From the NCBI GenBank assembly GCA_028289445.1, contig JANQPO010000014.1, positions 238,912 to 302,911 on the forward strand: DNA of 64,000 nucleotides, written 5' to 3'. The DNA comes from Tepidamorphaceae bacterium. GTDB taxonomy: Bacteria > Pseudomonadota > Alphaproteobacteria > Rhizobiales > JAKSCL01. A model generated the notes under the pieces. That model did not search any database. It worked only from the letters and a program-made list of their open reading frames with translations, and was not told the DNA's origin. Positions within the stretch are counted from its first letter, which is position 1. Each line of letters begins with the position of its first letter. This document shows positions 54,970 to 62,939 of the stretch, piece after piece. A program made the position numbers and the translations under genes.

Positions 54970-56025
54970 TCAGCGGGCCGGACGCAACAGCTCTTGAAGC
55001 TGGATGAAAGCCAGGAGAAACGCCTGTCTTCGGTCGAGATTATAAGTGTCCGTGTCCCGCGCCAGGGCGTCGACCTTCTCCCACACCTCGGCAAAGCGCG
55101 CAAGCGCCCGAGGTGTCGCGCTGGCGGACTGCCGACGCATGGTTTCGGCAAGCCAGTCGCGGATGACATCGAAGGCAAGCCCGAACGCCGCTTCGGCTCC
55201 GGGCTTGGCGACCTGATCGGCAAGGGCATGAAGCTTTGTCGGATCGGTGTTGGGCAAGGAGGATAGCACGTCTTTGAGGTCGCGCACCGCCTTGCCGGAC
55301 GACGTTGTCAGTTGAAGGGCAAGCCGCAGACTGCCACCGGCAGACGCGATGGCGAGGTTTCGCGTGTCTTGATCCGTTTCAGGCGCCAGACGCTCAAGCC
55401 CCTCCCCGATTTCGGCATCGCTCAACGCTGACAGGTGCACCATCCGGCATCGCGACCGGATCGTCGGTAAAAGGCGGCCTGGAAGATGCGAAACGATGAA
55501 GAAGATCGACCGCTCCGGCGGCTCCTCCAGCGTTTTCAAGAGCGCATTTGCCGCCTGACGGTTGAGGTCTTCGGCCGCGTCGACAATCGCGATCCGCCAG
55601 CCGTCCTGGGCAGCCGTCGTGCCGAAGAACCGATTTATCCGGCGAATTTCGTCGACCGGAATGACCGTCAGGAGTTTCTTGCGTTTGAAATCATAGGGTC
55701 GGCGCAGAACGAGCAGGTTCGGATGGCTGCCCTGCCCGATCATGCGATCGGTCGGGCTGTCCGGCTCAATGTCGAGGCCATCCAGGCGTTCTTGGGGGGA
55801 CGCCAATAGAAATCGAGTGATTTTATAAGTTAGCAGTGCCTTACCAATGCCTTCTGGACCGGCCAAAATCCACGCATGGGGAATGCGATCGCTCGAAAGC
55901 GCGCGCGCCACGCTAGCGACGGTCGATTGATGGCCGATGAGGTCTTGGTGTTCGCGTGGATGCGGGAAATCGTCGAACCGGTTCGCCTCCGGGACCTCGA
56001 TGCTTGCCGGTGCGCGGGCCATCAT
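54970..56025 (-). CDS. holB: DNA polymerase III delta-prime subunit
   Basis: HAWILAGPEGIGKALL Walker-like motif, NALLKTLEEPP and SRCR motifs. The ATG at 56025 lies 1 nt after the tmk stop. The longer track start, which overlaps tmk, is rejected. Confidence 0.88.
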   Translation of the reverse strand: MMARAPASIEVPEANRFDDFPHPREHQDLIGHQSTVASVARALSSDRIPHAWILAGPEGIGKALLTYKITRFLLASPQERLDGLDIEPDSPTDRMIGQGSHPNLLVLRRPYDFKRKKLLTVIPVDEIRRINRFFGTTAAQDGWRIAIVDAAEDLNRQAANALLKTLEEPPERSIFFIVSHLPGRLLPTIRSRCRMVHLSALSDAEIGEGLERLAPETDQDTRNLAIASAGGSLRLALQLTTSSGKAVRDLKDVLSSLPNTDPTKLHALADQVAKPGAEAAFGLAFDVIRDWLAETMRRQSASATPRALARFAEVWEKVDALARDTDTYNLDRRQAFLLAFIQLQELLRPAR

Positions 56026-56026
56026 C

Positions 56027-56668
56027 CTATGCCAGTTCTGCCAGGAAATGCACTTGAACCGCCGACCAGACCCTGTCGGCGACGGCATCGATGTCGCCGG
56101 CGCCGTCGACAATGACATGGCGGGCAGGATCAGCCTTGGCCAGATCGAGGAAAGCTTCGCGGATTGCGGCGTGCCCGGCTTCGCTGCTTTCGTCCCAGCG
56201 GCCACCATCGGCGCCTGGACGTGCGGCGAGCCTGGCTATTGCCTCTTTCGCCGGCAGATCGATCACAATCGTCAAATCGGGCGGCGCTTCACCAACGACC
56301 CTGGCGTTGAGCGCCGACAGGAATGCCCGATCGCCACCGCTGACGCGCCCCTGATACACAAGCGTTGAATCGGTGAAACGGTCGCAAAGCACCCAGGTGC
56401 CCTTGGTCAATGCCGGACGAATGACAGCGTCCAGATGGTCGATCCGCCCGGCTGAAATGAGGATTGCCTCGGCGTCGGGACCGCTCGCCGCATGGTCGCC
56501 GGCGAGAAGCTTGGCGCGGATGGTCTCGGCAAACGGCGTTCCGCCCGGTTCGCGCGTGGTGAGAGTAGCGATCCCGGCCTTCGACAGGGTATCGGCCAGA
56601 CGGCCCACCTGGGTCGATTTGCCGGTCCCCTCCCCACCTTCGAACACGATAAAGCGCCCTGGCGCCAT
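56027..56668 (-). CDS. tmk: Thymidylate kinase
   Basis: FIVFEGGEGTGKSTQ P-loop and DRF motifs. Confidence 0.94.
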   Translation of the reverse strand: MAPGRFIVFEGGEGTGKSTQVGRLADTLSKAGIATLTTREPGGTPFAETIRAKLLAGDHAASGPDAEAILISAGRIDHLDAVIRPALTKGTWVLCDRFTDSTLVYQGRVSGGDRAFLSALNARVVGEAPPDLTIVIDLPAKEAIARLAARPGADGGRWDESSEAGHAAIREAFLDLAKADPARHVIVDGAGDIDAVADRVWSAVQVHFLAELA

Positions 56669-56686
56669 GATCGTCCGCTCCGAATC

Positions 56687-57922
56687 TCACTCCAGAGCGT
56701 TATCCCCATACCAGAGGCCGGCGGCAAGCTCGAAAAGCGCATCATAGGCACGCCGGTGCAGCGGCCCGCGACCGACATCGGCGGCGGCATAGAGCGGCCG
56801 CTCCATGATCATGGCGTCGCCGCTGAAGACGCGCAGCTTGGCAACGCGGTCGCCCGCCATGATCGGCGGGATAAGCGGACCGTCGTAGACGATACGCGCG
56901 CGCAAGCGACCCCTGTCGCCGCGCGGGCGCAAAACAGAGACGCCGTCGGCACCGCCATCGAGCGGAACGCGCCGTACCTCCCCGCCAAAAACCGTTGCAT
57001 GTCCGACGGTTTCTCCTGCCGCGAAGAGCGGATTACTGGTGAACGAACGAAAGCCCCAGGTCAGGAGTTTGCGGGCCTCAGGCCCCCTGATTTTACGGTT
57101 GTCGAGGCCGTTGATGACCACGATCAGACGCTGGTCGTTTTGTACCGCCGAGCCGACGAGCCCGAAACCGGCTTCTTTGATATAGCCGGTCTTCAATCCA
57201 TCCGCGCCGATGCTCATCGCCAAGAGCGGGTTGCGATTGAATTGGCGTATATCGTTCCAGGTGAACTCGGTTTCGGAATAAATCTTATAGAGTTCGGGAA
57301 ACTCCGTGATGATGTAGCGTGCCAGAAGCGCCAATTCGCGCGCCGTCATGAGATGGTCGGGATGATAGAGGCCCGTGGTGTTCATGAACACCGACTTTTC
57401 AAGGCCGATATCGCGGCCGAACTCGGTCATGCGCAGTGCATAAGCGTCCTCGGACCCGGCCATGTTCTCGCCGATCGCAATGCTGGCGTCGTTGCCCGAC
57501 TGAACGATGACACCGCGCAACAGGTCTTCCAGGCGGATCTGGGAATCGAGCTCGGCGAACATCGTTGAGCCACCGGAGGAGGCTCCACCCGTGCGCCACG
57601 CGTATTCCGAGATATGGAACATGTCGTCGAGCGAGATTTCGCCCGCGCGCAGCGCATCGAACACGACCGCAATCGTCATGAGCTTCGACATGCTGGCGGG
57701 TGCCATCAGCGCATCGGCATTTTTCTCAAAGAGAACGGTCCCCGATGCCGCGTCGAGCAGGATCGCCTGTTTGGCCTTGGTGCTGATGCCTTGCGCCGAT
57801 GCGTCCGGCGCAACAACGAAAAGCCCGAAGACCGCCAAAACGGCGGCGAGCAACGAACGTGTCAAAAGAGTGCTTAGGGTGGCCACGCCATTATTAGGTC
57901 TTAATCCCGGCGGCGATGTCAA
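56687..57922 (-). CDS. D-alanyl-D-alanine carboxypeptidase (PBP5/6, peptidase S11)
   Basis: Signal peptide plus PASMSKLMT (SxxK), SGND and KTG motifs. Start uncertain (TTG at 57922 or GTG at 57886). Confidence 0.88.
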   Translation of the reverse strand: MTSPPGLRPNNGVATLSTLLTRSLLAAVLAVFGLFVVAPDASAQGISTKAKQAILLDAASGTVLFEKNADALMAPASMSKLMTIAVVFDALRAGEISLDDMFHISEYAWRTGGASSGGSTMFAELDSQIRLEDLLRGVIVQSGNDASIAIGENMAGSEDAYALRMTEFGRDIGLEKSVFMNTTGLYHPDHLMTARELALLARYIITEFPELYKIYSETEFTWNDIRQFNRNPLLAMSIGADGLKTGYIKEAGFGLVGSAVQNDQRLIVVINGLDNRKIRGPEARKLLTWGFRSFTSNPLFAAGETVGHATVFGGEVRRVPLDGGADGVSVLRPRGDRGRLRARIVYDGPLIPPIMAGDRVAKLRVFSGDAMIMERPLYAAADVGRGPLHRRAYDALFELAAGLWYGDNALE

Positions 57923-57948
57923 CGCCGGTTGCGCCCAGAATGCGGGGT

Positions 57949-58992
57949 TTAGTAAACGCCGGCGACGATGGCGTCTGGCGCTCCCGTGGCGCGGACGGCA
58001 TAGAGCACGTCGTCAAGCGATTGAGCACCGTCGCGCGGTACGACGGTGACGCGATAAAGCGTGCCGATGTCGGAAGGATGGCCGGTGACGGCGACATTGC
58101 CGGTGTTCACCAGCCGATCGGCCAGGACCCGGGCATTATCGAAATTGCTGAACACGCCGGCCTGAACGACGGGCGGGGCTTGAACCGGTTGGTAAGCGAT
58201 CGGTTGCGGAGCGGGTGTTTGAGGTGCAGCAGCGATCATTGGGGCAGGATCTGGAGCGGATACGGGTTCAGGTGCCGGTCGAGGCGCCCGCCCCCGCCGA
58301 TAGGTGGAGGCCGCCATTTGATAGTTTTGCTCGTTGGCACCGCGCACGCCATCGGAGGCGAAGGCCCGTGCGGCCATCTCCTTGTCCAGCTTGGCGACCC
58401 TTCGGTTTGTCCCGTCTTCGCGGACGGTCGTGGTCAACCACTGATCCTGGCCGTCCAAAGGCGCCCTGCCGACGTATTGAACGCGCACTTTCGCCGTTCC
58501 AGCGCGCGTGAAGTCCAGCGTTTCGGCGGCGCGCTTGGACAGATCGATAATGCGCCCGCGCGCAAACGGTCCCCGGTCGTTGATCCGCACGACCACGGAA
58601 CGGCCGTTTTCCAAGTTCGTGACGCGGGCGTACGTCGGAAGCGGCAGTGTCGGATGCGCCGCGGAGAAGGCGTTCATGTTGTAGACTTCGCCATTCGCCG
58701 TTTTGCGGCCGTGGAAATCTGAGCCGTACCAGGAGGCCATCCCGACCTTGTCGTAGCGCGGCTGATGCGCCGGCTTATAGGTGACACCCCTGATGGTATA
58801 CGCCTTGCCGACCTTGAAAGCGCCGCCGCCAGCCGGCACGGGCTGGCCTTTTTTGACGACGCGGGGGCTGTAATCGTTGTTGGTCTTTCGAAGATTGACC
58901 GATGAGCACCCGGCGACAAGCAGGGCGGCGACCGCAACGGCAACGCCTGCCGAGGCGAGCCTCCAGCCCTTCGAACCGGAATATGCGCTCAA
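57949..58992 (-). CDS. rlpA: Septal ring lytic transglycosylase RlpA-family lipoprotein with C-terminal SPOR domain
   Basis: Lipobox LLVAGCSS, DPBB core (GMASWYGSDFHGRKTANGEVY ... RVTNLENGRSVVVRINDRGP) and a SPOR-like tail (VQAGVFSNFDNA). I prefer TTG at 58992, which follows a GGGGGAG Shine-Dalgarno sequence. The track start is 59091. Confidence 0.85.
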   Translation of the reverse strand: MSAYSGSKGWRLASAGVAVAVAALLVAGCSSVNLRKTNNDYSPRVVKKGQPVPAGGGAFKVGKAYTIRGVTYKPAHQPRYDKVGMASWYGSDFHGRKTANGEVYNMNAFSAAHPTLPLPTYARVTNLENGRSVVVRINDRGPFARGRIIDLSKRAAETLDFTRAGTAKVRVQYVGRAPLDGQDQWLTTTVREDGTNRRVAKLDKEMAARAFASDGVRGANEQNYQMAASTYRRGRAPRPAPEPVSAPDPAPMIAAAPQTPAPQPIAYQPVQAPPVVQAGVFSNFDNARVLADRLVNTGNVAVTGHPSDIGTLYRVTVVPRDGAQSLDDVLYAVRATGAPDAIVAGVY

Positions 58993-59172
58993 ATCCCTAC
59001 TCCCCCGAACCCGTCCGCACTGCGGCGTCGGTCGGTAACCCATCGGGTAACATGACGCTCCGCACGCCAAATGTCGATGGCAATCAACCACCTACGCTTA
59101 ATGATCGCTTAAGCGCAGGGCCTATGGTGCCGGATTGTATGGTGCAAATGTGACGGGTTTCGCGCCAACGCG

Positions 59173-59562
59173 TCAGTGTTCGATGCGAGCGATCCCGGAT
59201 CGCCCGTCGTCGCGCAGCCAACGCAGATTGTCCGGATCCAGTTGGGTCAGCTCGAAGCAAAATGCGCGACCGCGATACCAGGTCGGCCATTGCTGGCACA
59301 TCTGATCGTCCCTGATCCACCAGCGCCCTGTTTCGCGCGGCGCCAGGACGCGGCCGAGACCAAGCGCAGTCCCGTCTCCGGACACGCGTCCGTCATTGCG
59401 ATAGTAAAGTGGGAACTCTCCGCGCAGCGGAACCTGGAGATAGATCCTCTTGCCGGCCAGTGTTTCTTTGATTTGGTCGCCCGAGAGCACCGTGGCATCG
59501 GCCGACACAGGCAAGAGAGCAAGAATGGCTAGGGTCATGAGACCGAGCGCGGCGCGTTTCAT
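59173..59562 (-). CDS. Small secreted/periplasmic hypothetical protein
   Basis: MKRAALGLMTLAILALLPVSADA signal peptide and a ~107-aa mature part. Start taken at the signal-peptide Met rather than the track start at 59607. Confidence 0.65.
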   Translation of the reverse strand: MKRAALGLMTLAILALLPVSADATVLSGDQIKETLAGKRIYLQVPLRGEFPLYYRNDGRVSGDGTALGLGRVLAPRETGRWWIRDDQMCQQWPTWYRGRAFCFELTQLDPDNLRWLRDDGRSGIARIEH

Positions 59563-59647
59563 GCAGGATCCCCGTGGTTGGTTTCCCGGTGTTACGCGAG
59601 GGATCACGGATCGGATCAGTGCGAGGCGTTTGAAGTGCTTGAAGACT

Positions 59648-59655
59648 GGCGCGCG
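59648..59655. repeat. Target-site duplication, left copy
   Basis: GGCGCGCG immediately outside the left IR, identical to 62779..62786. Confidence 0.85.
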
Positions 59656-59673
59656 GGTAGTGGGTCAGTTTGA
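59656..59673. repeat. Terminal inverted repeat (transposase-proximal end)
   Basis: GGTAGTGGGTCAGTTTGA. The transposase stop codon (59665-67) lies inside it. Begins GGTAGTG, compared with GGTGATG in classical IS1. Confidence 0.9.
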
Positions 59674-60561
59674 ATCTTCTCTTTTCCGCTTCTTGTAAGG
59701 TCCGCGTTTCTTGGATGGGCGCCGGGCTTCCATCGCTTCGACCAGCCCAACGATATCATCGATCTCCCAAAGCTGATCCGTCACGCCAGCGGCCATCGCC
59801 GGAGTCACCCGCAGTGACGAATGCATCCGCACGAAATTGTAGTACATGACATGAAGCGCGACCGCGTAGGCGTGGTTTTCGATCTTCTTTGAAAACGCGT
59901 TCGTCAGTCGCGTGAAACGACGCATGTGCATCCGGATCGTCAGATTGCTGCGTTCCACATAAGATGTTGAGACGTGCTCAACAGCGGGGTCGCCTTCGAC
60001 CCGCGTCTTGCGTGCCCCTGTGCATTCTGCCGGGCTGTAACGGCCCTTGGCGCTCTCAGGAGCCACACCGTACATCTTGACCAATTGGGCATAATCAACG
60101 TCAGAGCCAAAGACGCCTTCGACGGCTTCCAGATACGCCCTGTGTCCATCAGTCGTCAGTTGGACCCGGTTCGCCAGCCGGTCGGCAACATCCTCTATGA
60201 ACGCATGCGCATAGCCGGCATCGCGACCGCCGACGAGATAGGAAACGATGAGCTTGCTGTCAGCATCCAACGCCGTCCATGTCCACGTATCGCCGGCCTG
60301 ATCCGGCGCAGCCTTCGCCGTCTTGACGTTCTTCTGCTTGGCGTAAGTAAAGCTCCAAATCTCGTCGCATTGAATGCGCTTTGAGGGCACCCGGCGAATG
60401 TGCTCGTCGTGGTAGGCCATGCACGCGCGACCAGCGTCAATCAAAAGCTTCGTAACAGTGTTCTTGCTGGTGCCTGTAATGCGCGTCACTGCGCGAATGC
60501 TGTTACCTTCGCATAGCAGGTGGAGGATTTGAGAGCGAGCCTTGGCATCGAGTTTGTTCAT
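59665..60561 (-). CDS. IS1-family DDE transposase (single-ORF type)
   Basis: 298 aa from MNKLDAKARSQILHLLCEGNSIRAVTRITGTSKNTVTKLL (HTH). Also has CDEIWSF, WTWTALDADSKLIVSY, LTTDGHRAY and VERSNLTIRMHMRRFTRLTNAFSKK ... YNFVRMH, which is IS1 InsB-like. The 61-codon upstream extension in the track is rejected. Confidence 0.88.
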   Translation of the reverse strand: MNKLDAKARSQILHLLCEGNSIRAVTRITGTSKNTVTKLLIDAGRACMAYHDEHIRRVPSKRIQCDEIWSFTYAKQKNVKTAKAAPDQAGDTWTWTALDADSKLIVSYLVGGRDAGYAHAFIEDVADRLANRVQLTTDGHRAYLEAVEGVFGSDVDYAQLVKMYGVAPESAKGRYSPAECTGARKTRVEGDPAVEHVSTSYVERSNLTIRMHMRRFTRLTNAFSKKIENHAYAVALHVMYYNFVRMHSSLRVTPAMAAGVTDQLWEIDDIVGLVEAMEARRPSKKRGPYKKRKREDSN

Positions 60562-60633
60562 AACTCGAACGTAATGATCGAAGAATATTAAGTCAAGCAT
60601 TTTGGTCAGTTTAACATTATCGTTAATACAAAA

Positions 60634-60662
60634 TTGACAATTTTTCGCCCAGGTACTATCAC
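60634..60662 (+). promoter_or_regulatory. Putative sigma-70-type promoter for the HTH/ImmA-IrrE cargo operon
   Basis: TTGACA (60634-39), 17-nt spacer, TATCAC (60657-62). Lies in the AT-rich divergent region between the transposase and cargo genes. Confidence 0.45.
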
Positions 60663-60685
60663 ACTCAACGCGGAGCACGGTACGG

Positions 60686-61798
60686 ATGGAATCAAGGGAA
60701 ACGATGTCACCAGGGGAATTTGTTCGGAACGCAATGACGGCCAAGGATTGGACCCAAAGCGACCTCGCTTACGCGCTCAATTCGACGACCGCATCGGTGA
60801 ACCAAATTCTCAACGACAAGCGCGGCATCAGCCACAATATGGCAAGAGCACTTAGCAAAGCACTGGATGTTCCTGCGGAAGAATTTGCTCGGGTGCAGGC
60901 AGAATGGGACGTTCGTAATGCAGACGACCCTGATCCGACGATTGCCGCTCGTTCTCGCATTCTGACCAAGTACCCGCTTAGAGAGATGGTGAAGCGCGGA
61001 TGGATCGACCCTGAACACGGCGAGGGAACGCTCGAAGAGCAAGTTTGCCGCTTCTTCAATGTATCATCCCTTGATGACATTCCTCATCTGACTCATTCCG
61101 CGAAGAAATCTGGTTACGAAGACATTCCGCCGGCACAACTCGCGTGGCTTTTTCGTGTTCAAAAGATTGCTTCTGAAATGGACGTCGAGAACGCCTACAG
61201 CAAGCACGCGATGGCCAAGTCAATCGAACGACTTGAAGCCCTACGCCATGACGCTGATTTTGTCCGTCATGTTCCTCGCATCCTAGCGGACGCCGGTGTT
61301 CGTTTTGTTGTGGTTGAGGGGCTGCCGTCCAGCAAGATTGATGGGGTGTGCTTCTGGCTTGATGCGCGCTCACCGGTCATTGGCATGTCATTACGGTTCG
61401 ACCGGATCGATAATTTCTGGTTCGTATTGCGACACGAATGCGCCCACGTTGCACATGGGCATGGCAAGGACGCGGCGATTCTTGATGCCGACATGGATTG
61501 CTCAGAGCAGCGGTCGGTCAGTGATGAAGAACGGATTGCCAATGACGAGGCTGCTGATTTTTGTGTTCCGTCAGAAAAAATGCGGTCCTTCTACCTTCGG
61601 AAGAAGCCGTATTTCGCTGAACGCGAAGTTGTAGCTTTTTCGACACTTGTAGGAGTCCATCCCGGCCTTGTCGTCGGGCAGCTACAGCGACTGATGGGCC
61701 GCTACGACATCCTTCGAAAGCATCTTGTAAAGGTCCGGCACCATCTTGCGGGAGCAATGATGATGGACGGCTGGGGGGACATTGTTCCCGTAGACTAG
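60686..61798 (+). CDS. Fused XRE/HigA-like HTH and ImmA/IrrE-family (COG2856, M78-like) zinc metallopeptidase
   Basis: N-terminal HTH (WTQSDLAYALNSTTASVNQILNDKRGIS) and C-terminal HEXXH (HECAH, codons at 61433..61447) in the FVLRHECAHVAHGH context. The start could instead be the second ATG at 60704. Confidence 0.82.
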   Translation: MESRETMSPGEFVRNAMTAKDWTQSDLAYALNSTTASVNQILNDKRGISHNMARALSKALDVPAEEFARVQAEWDVRNADDPDPTIAARSRILTKYPLREMVKRGWIDPEHGEGTLEEQVCRFFNVSSLDDIPHLTHSAKKSGYEDIPPAQLAWLFRVQKIASEMDVENAYSKHAMAKSIERLEALRHDADFVRHVPRILADAGVRFVVVEGLPSSKIDGVCFWLDARSPVIGMSLRFDRIDNFWFVLRHECAHVAHGHGKDAAILDADMDCSEQRSVSDEERIANDEAADFCVPSEKMRSFYLRKKPYFAEREVVAFSTLVGVHPGLVVGQLQRLMGRYDILRKHLVKVRHHLAGAMMMDGWGDIVPVD

Positions 61799-61811
61799 GA
61801 GGCTTACGCCG

Positions 61812-62297
61812 ATGGCGAACTACAAAGAGCAACTGCGCAAGCTTTGGCAGCAGTATCGCAACGAAGTTGGCACCGACCCCGTCGATCTCCAGACAGTAGC
61901 AGCATGGGCAATCGACAAGGGCCTCTGGCATCCGCGCCCTATCGACCTCAGCGCCAGTTTGGCGAATGACCTTGCCCAGGCCTTGAGAGAAGAAAAACGC
62001 ATCGACAAATCTGGTCGCGAGTACCGGGCAAACATTCCGGTTCGTCAGAAGACCAAGACCGGGCAGACGCTTTTCGAATGGGCCGATATTGATGACGCAC
62101 CGCGTAAGCATGTCGAGAAGAACGTGCAGCAGGAACGTCGGTCCATCGCCAGCGATTGTTATGCGCTTGCGATGAAGGTTGAGCACTACAACGAAGCCCA
62201 CCCGACCGAAGAGCCGCTTCAGGTCATCATGAACTTCGAAGAAGATGTCGAGGAAATGAAGATCGCGAACGGTATCGAAGACAACAAGGTCGCCTAG
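61812..62297 (+). CDS. Hypothetical 161-aa protein, co-operonic partner of the HTH/ImmA-IrrE gene
   Basis: An AGGAGG Shine-Dalgarno sequence (61797-61802) lies 9 nt before the ATG and overlaps the upstream stop. Acidic C-terminus. I see no recognisable motif. Confidence 0.7.
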   Translation: MANYKEQLRKLWQQYRNEVGTDPVDLQTVAAWAIDKGLWHPRPIDLSASLANDLAQALREEKRIDKSGREYRANIPVRQKTKTGQTLFEWADIDDAPRKHVEKNVQQERRSIASDCYALAMKVEHYNEAHPTEEPLQVIMNFEEDVEEMKIANGIEDNKVA

Positions 62298-62512
62298 TCG
62301 CTCTTCTTCCAGCGCGCGGCAGCAGCTATGCGAGCTATTTCCGACCGCTTCTTGGATGAAAGGGACTTTGCACGCGCCGCGCCGCCTGCTTTGCCGCCCT
62401 TGCGCGCGCGAACCACAGTTACACTTTCGTCGTCAGACGCTTCGCCGGTCGCAACATCTACAACCGCCTTCGCTAACTGGTTTATGTCGCGCGGACGTTT
62501 CGGCTTAGGCAT
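62294..62512 (-). CDS. Small Lys/Arg-rich hypothetical protein (72 aa)
   Basis: MPKPKRPRDINQLAKAVVDVATGE ... KKRSEIARIAAAARWKK. This resembles a small protein family common on alphaproteobacterial mobile DNA. The ATG at 62512 overlaps the upstream gene by 8 nt. Confidence 0.65.
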   Translation of the reverse strand: MPKPKRPRDINQLAKAVVDVATGEASDDESVTVVRARKGGKAGGAARAKSLSSKKRSEIARIAAAARWKKSD

Positions 62513-62723
62513 GAAATATAGCCCCACAATCACAACGGATTAGGGTCTTGTGCCGATAATTCGAGTGCTGCTCCAGGGACATTCGCTTGGGGAGAACCGA
62601 TAGGTGAAATCCGGGATGAGTCATGTAGGAATGATCGTTTTCCGTTGCCTCGGTCTCGCCTTCGTTCCCGCACTCCGGGCATTTCAGTCTGATCTTGTAC
62701 GTTTCGTGGGCCATACTCCACAA
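62505..62723 (-). CDS. Small Zn-ribbon-like protein (72 aa)
   Basis: CPEC (residues 15-18) and CDC (64-66) cysteine pairs. It is the first gene inside the distal IR and is translationally coupled to the downstream basic protein. Confidence 0.55.
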   Translation of the reverse strand: MWSMAHETYKIRLKCPECGNEGETEATENDHSYMTHPGFHLSVLPKRMSLEQHSNYRHKTLIRCDCGAIFHA

Positions 62724-62760
62724 TATGGCATCGCGCTATAGGCATTTCAAAGAACCGTTT

Positions 62761-62778
62761 TCAAACTGACCCACTACC
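62761..62778. repeat. Terminal inverted repeat (distal end)
   Basis: TCAAACTGACCCACTACC is the exact reverse complement of 59656..59673 (18/18). Confidence 0.9.
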
Positions 62779-62786
62779 GGCGCGCG
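62779..62786. repeat. Target-site duplication, right copy
   Basis: GGCGCGCG immediately outside the right IR. An 8-9 bp duplication is the IS1-family norm. Confidence 0.85.
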
Positions 62787-62849
62787 GCGGCAATTGACCG
62801 CAATGAGCACCTATGACAGACACGGACGTTCCGCCGATTGAGCGGGCAT

Positions 62850-62939
62850 GGATGGGTGGCCGAGTGGTTGAAGGCACCGGTCTTGAAAACCGGCAGGCGG
62901 GCGACCGTCTCGTGGGTTCGAATCCCACCCCATCCGCCA
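62850..62939 (+). tRNA. tRNA-Ser (anticodon UGA)
   Basis: Acceptor stem GGATGGG/CCCATCC, D-arm GCCGAGTGGTTGAAGGC, anticodon stem-loop CCGGT-CTTGAAA-ACCGG, long variable arm, T-arm GTGGGTTCGAATCCCAC, encoded CCA. Confidence 0.93.

Larger units (their letters stand above)
59656..62778 (-). mobile_element. IS1-family insertion sequence carrying cargo genes (transporter-IS), 3,123 bp
   Basis: Perfect 18-bp terminal inverted repeats (GGTAGTGGGTCAGTTTGA / TCAAACTGACCCACTACC) flanked by an 8-bp direct duplication GGCGCGCG. Contains an intact IS1-type DDE transposase. Visibly lower GC than the flanks. Confidence 0.88.

Noticed and set aside
60603-60611. GGTCAGTTT, a 9-nt match to the core of the terminal IR, near the transposase start. 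It could be an internal IR defining a ~1-kb minimal IS.
   Set aside because: It is in direct rather than inverted orientation relative to the left IR. It is only 9 nt long (about 0.5 such matches are expected by chance in 64 kb on both strands), and there is no flanking duplication. The 18-bp IR pair with its 8-bp TSD explains the element better.
60562-60744. 61-codon N-terminal extension of the transposase ORF (track start 60744).
   Set aside because: The extension overlaps the start of the divergent cargo gene and runs through the AT-rich promoter region. IS1-type single-ORF transposases that I recognise begin at the MNKL... HTH, which matches the ATG at 60561.
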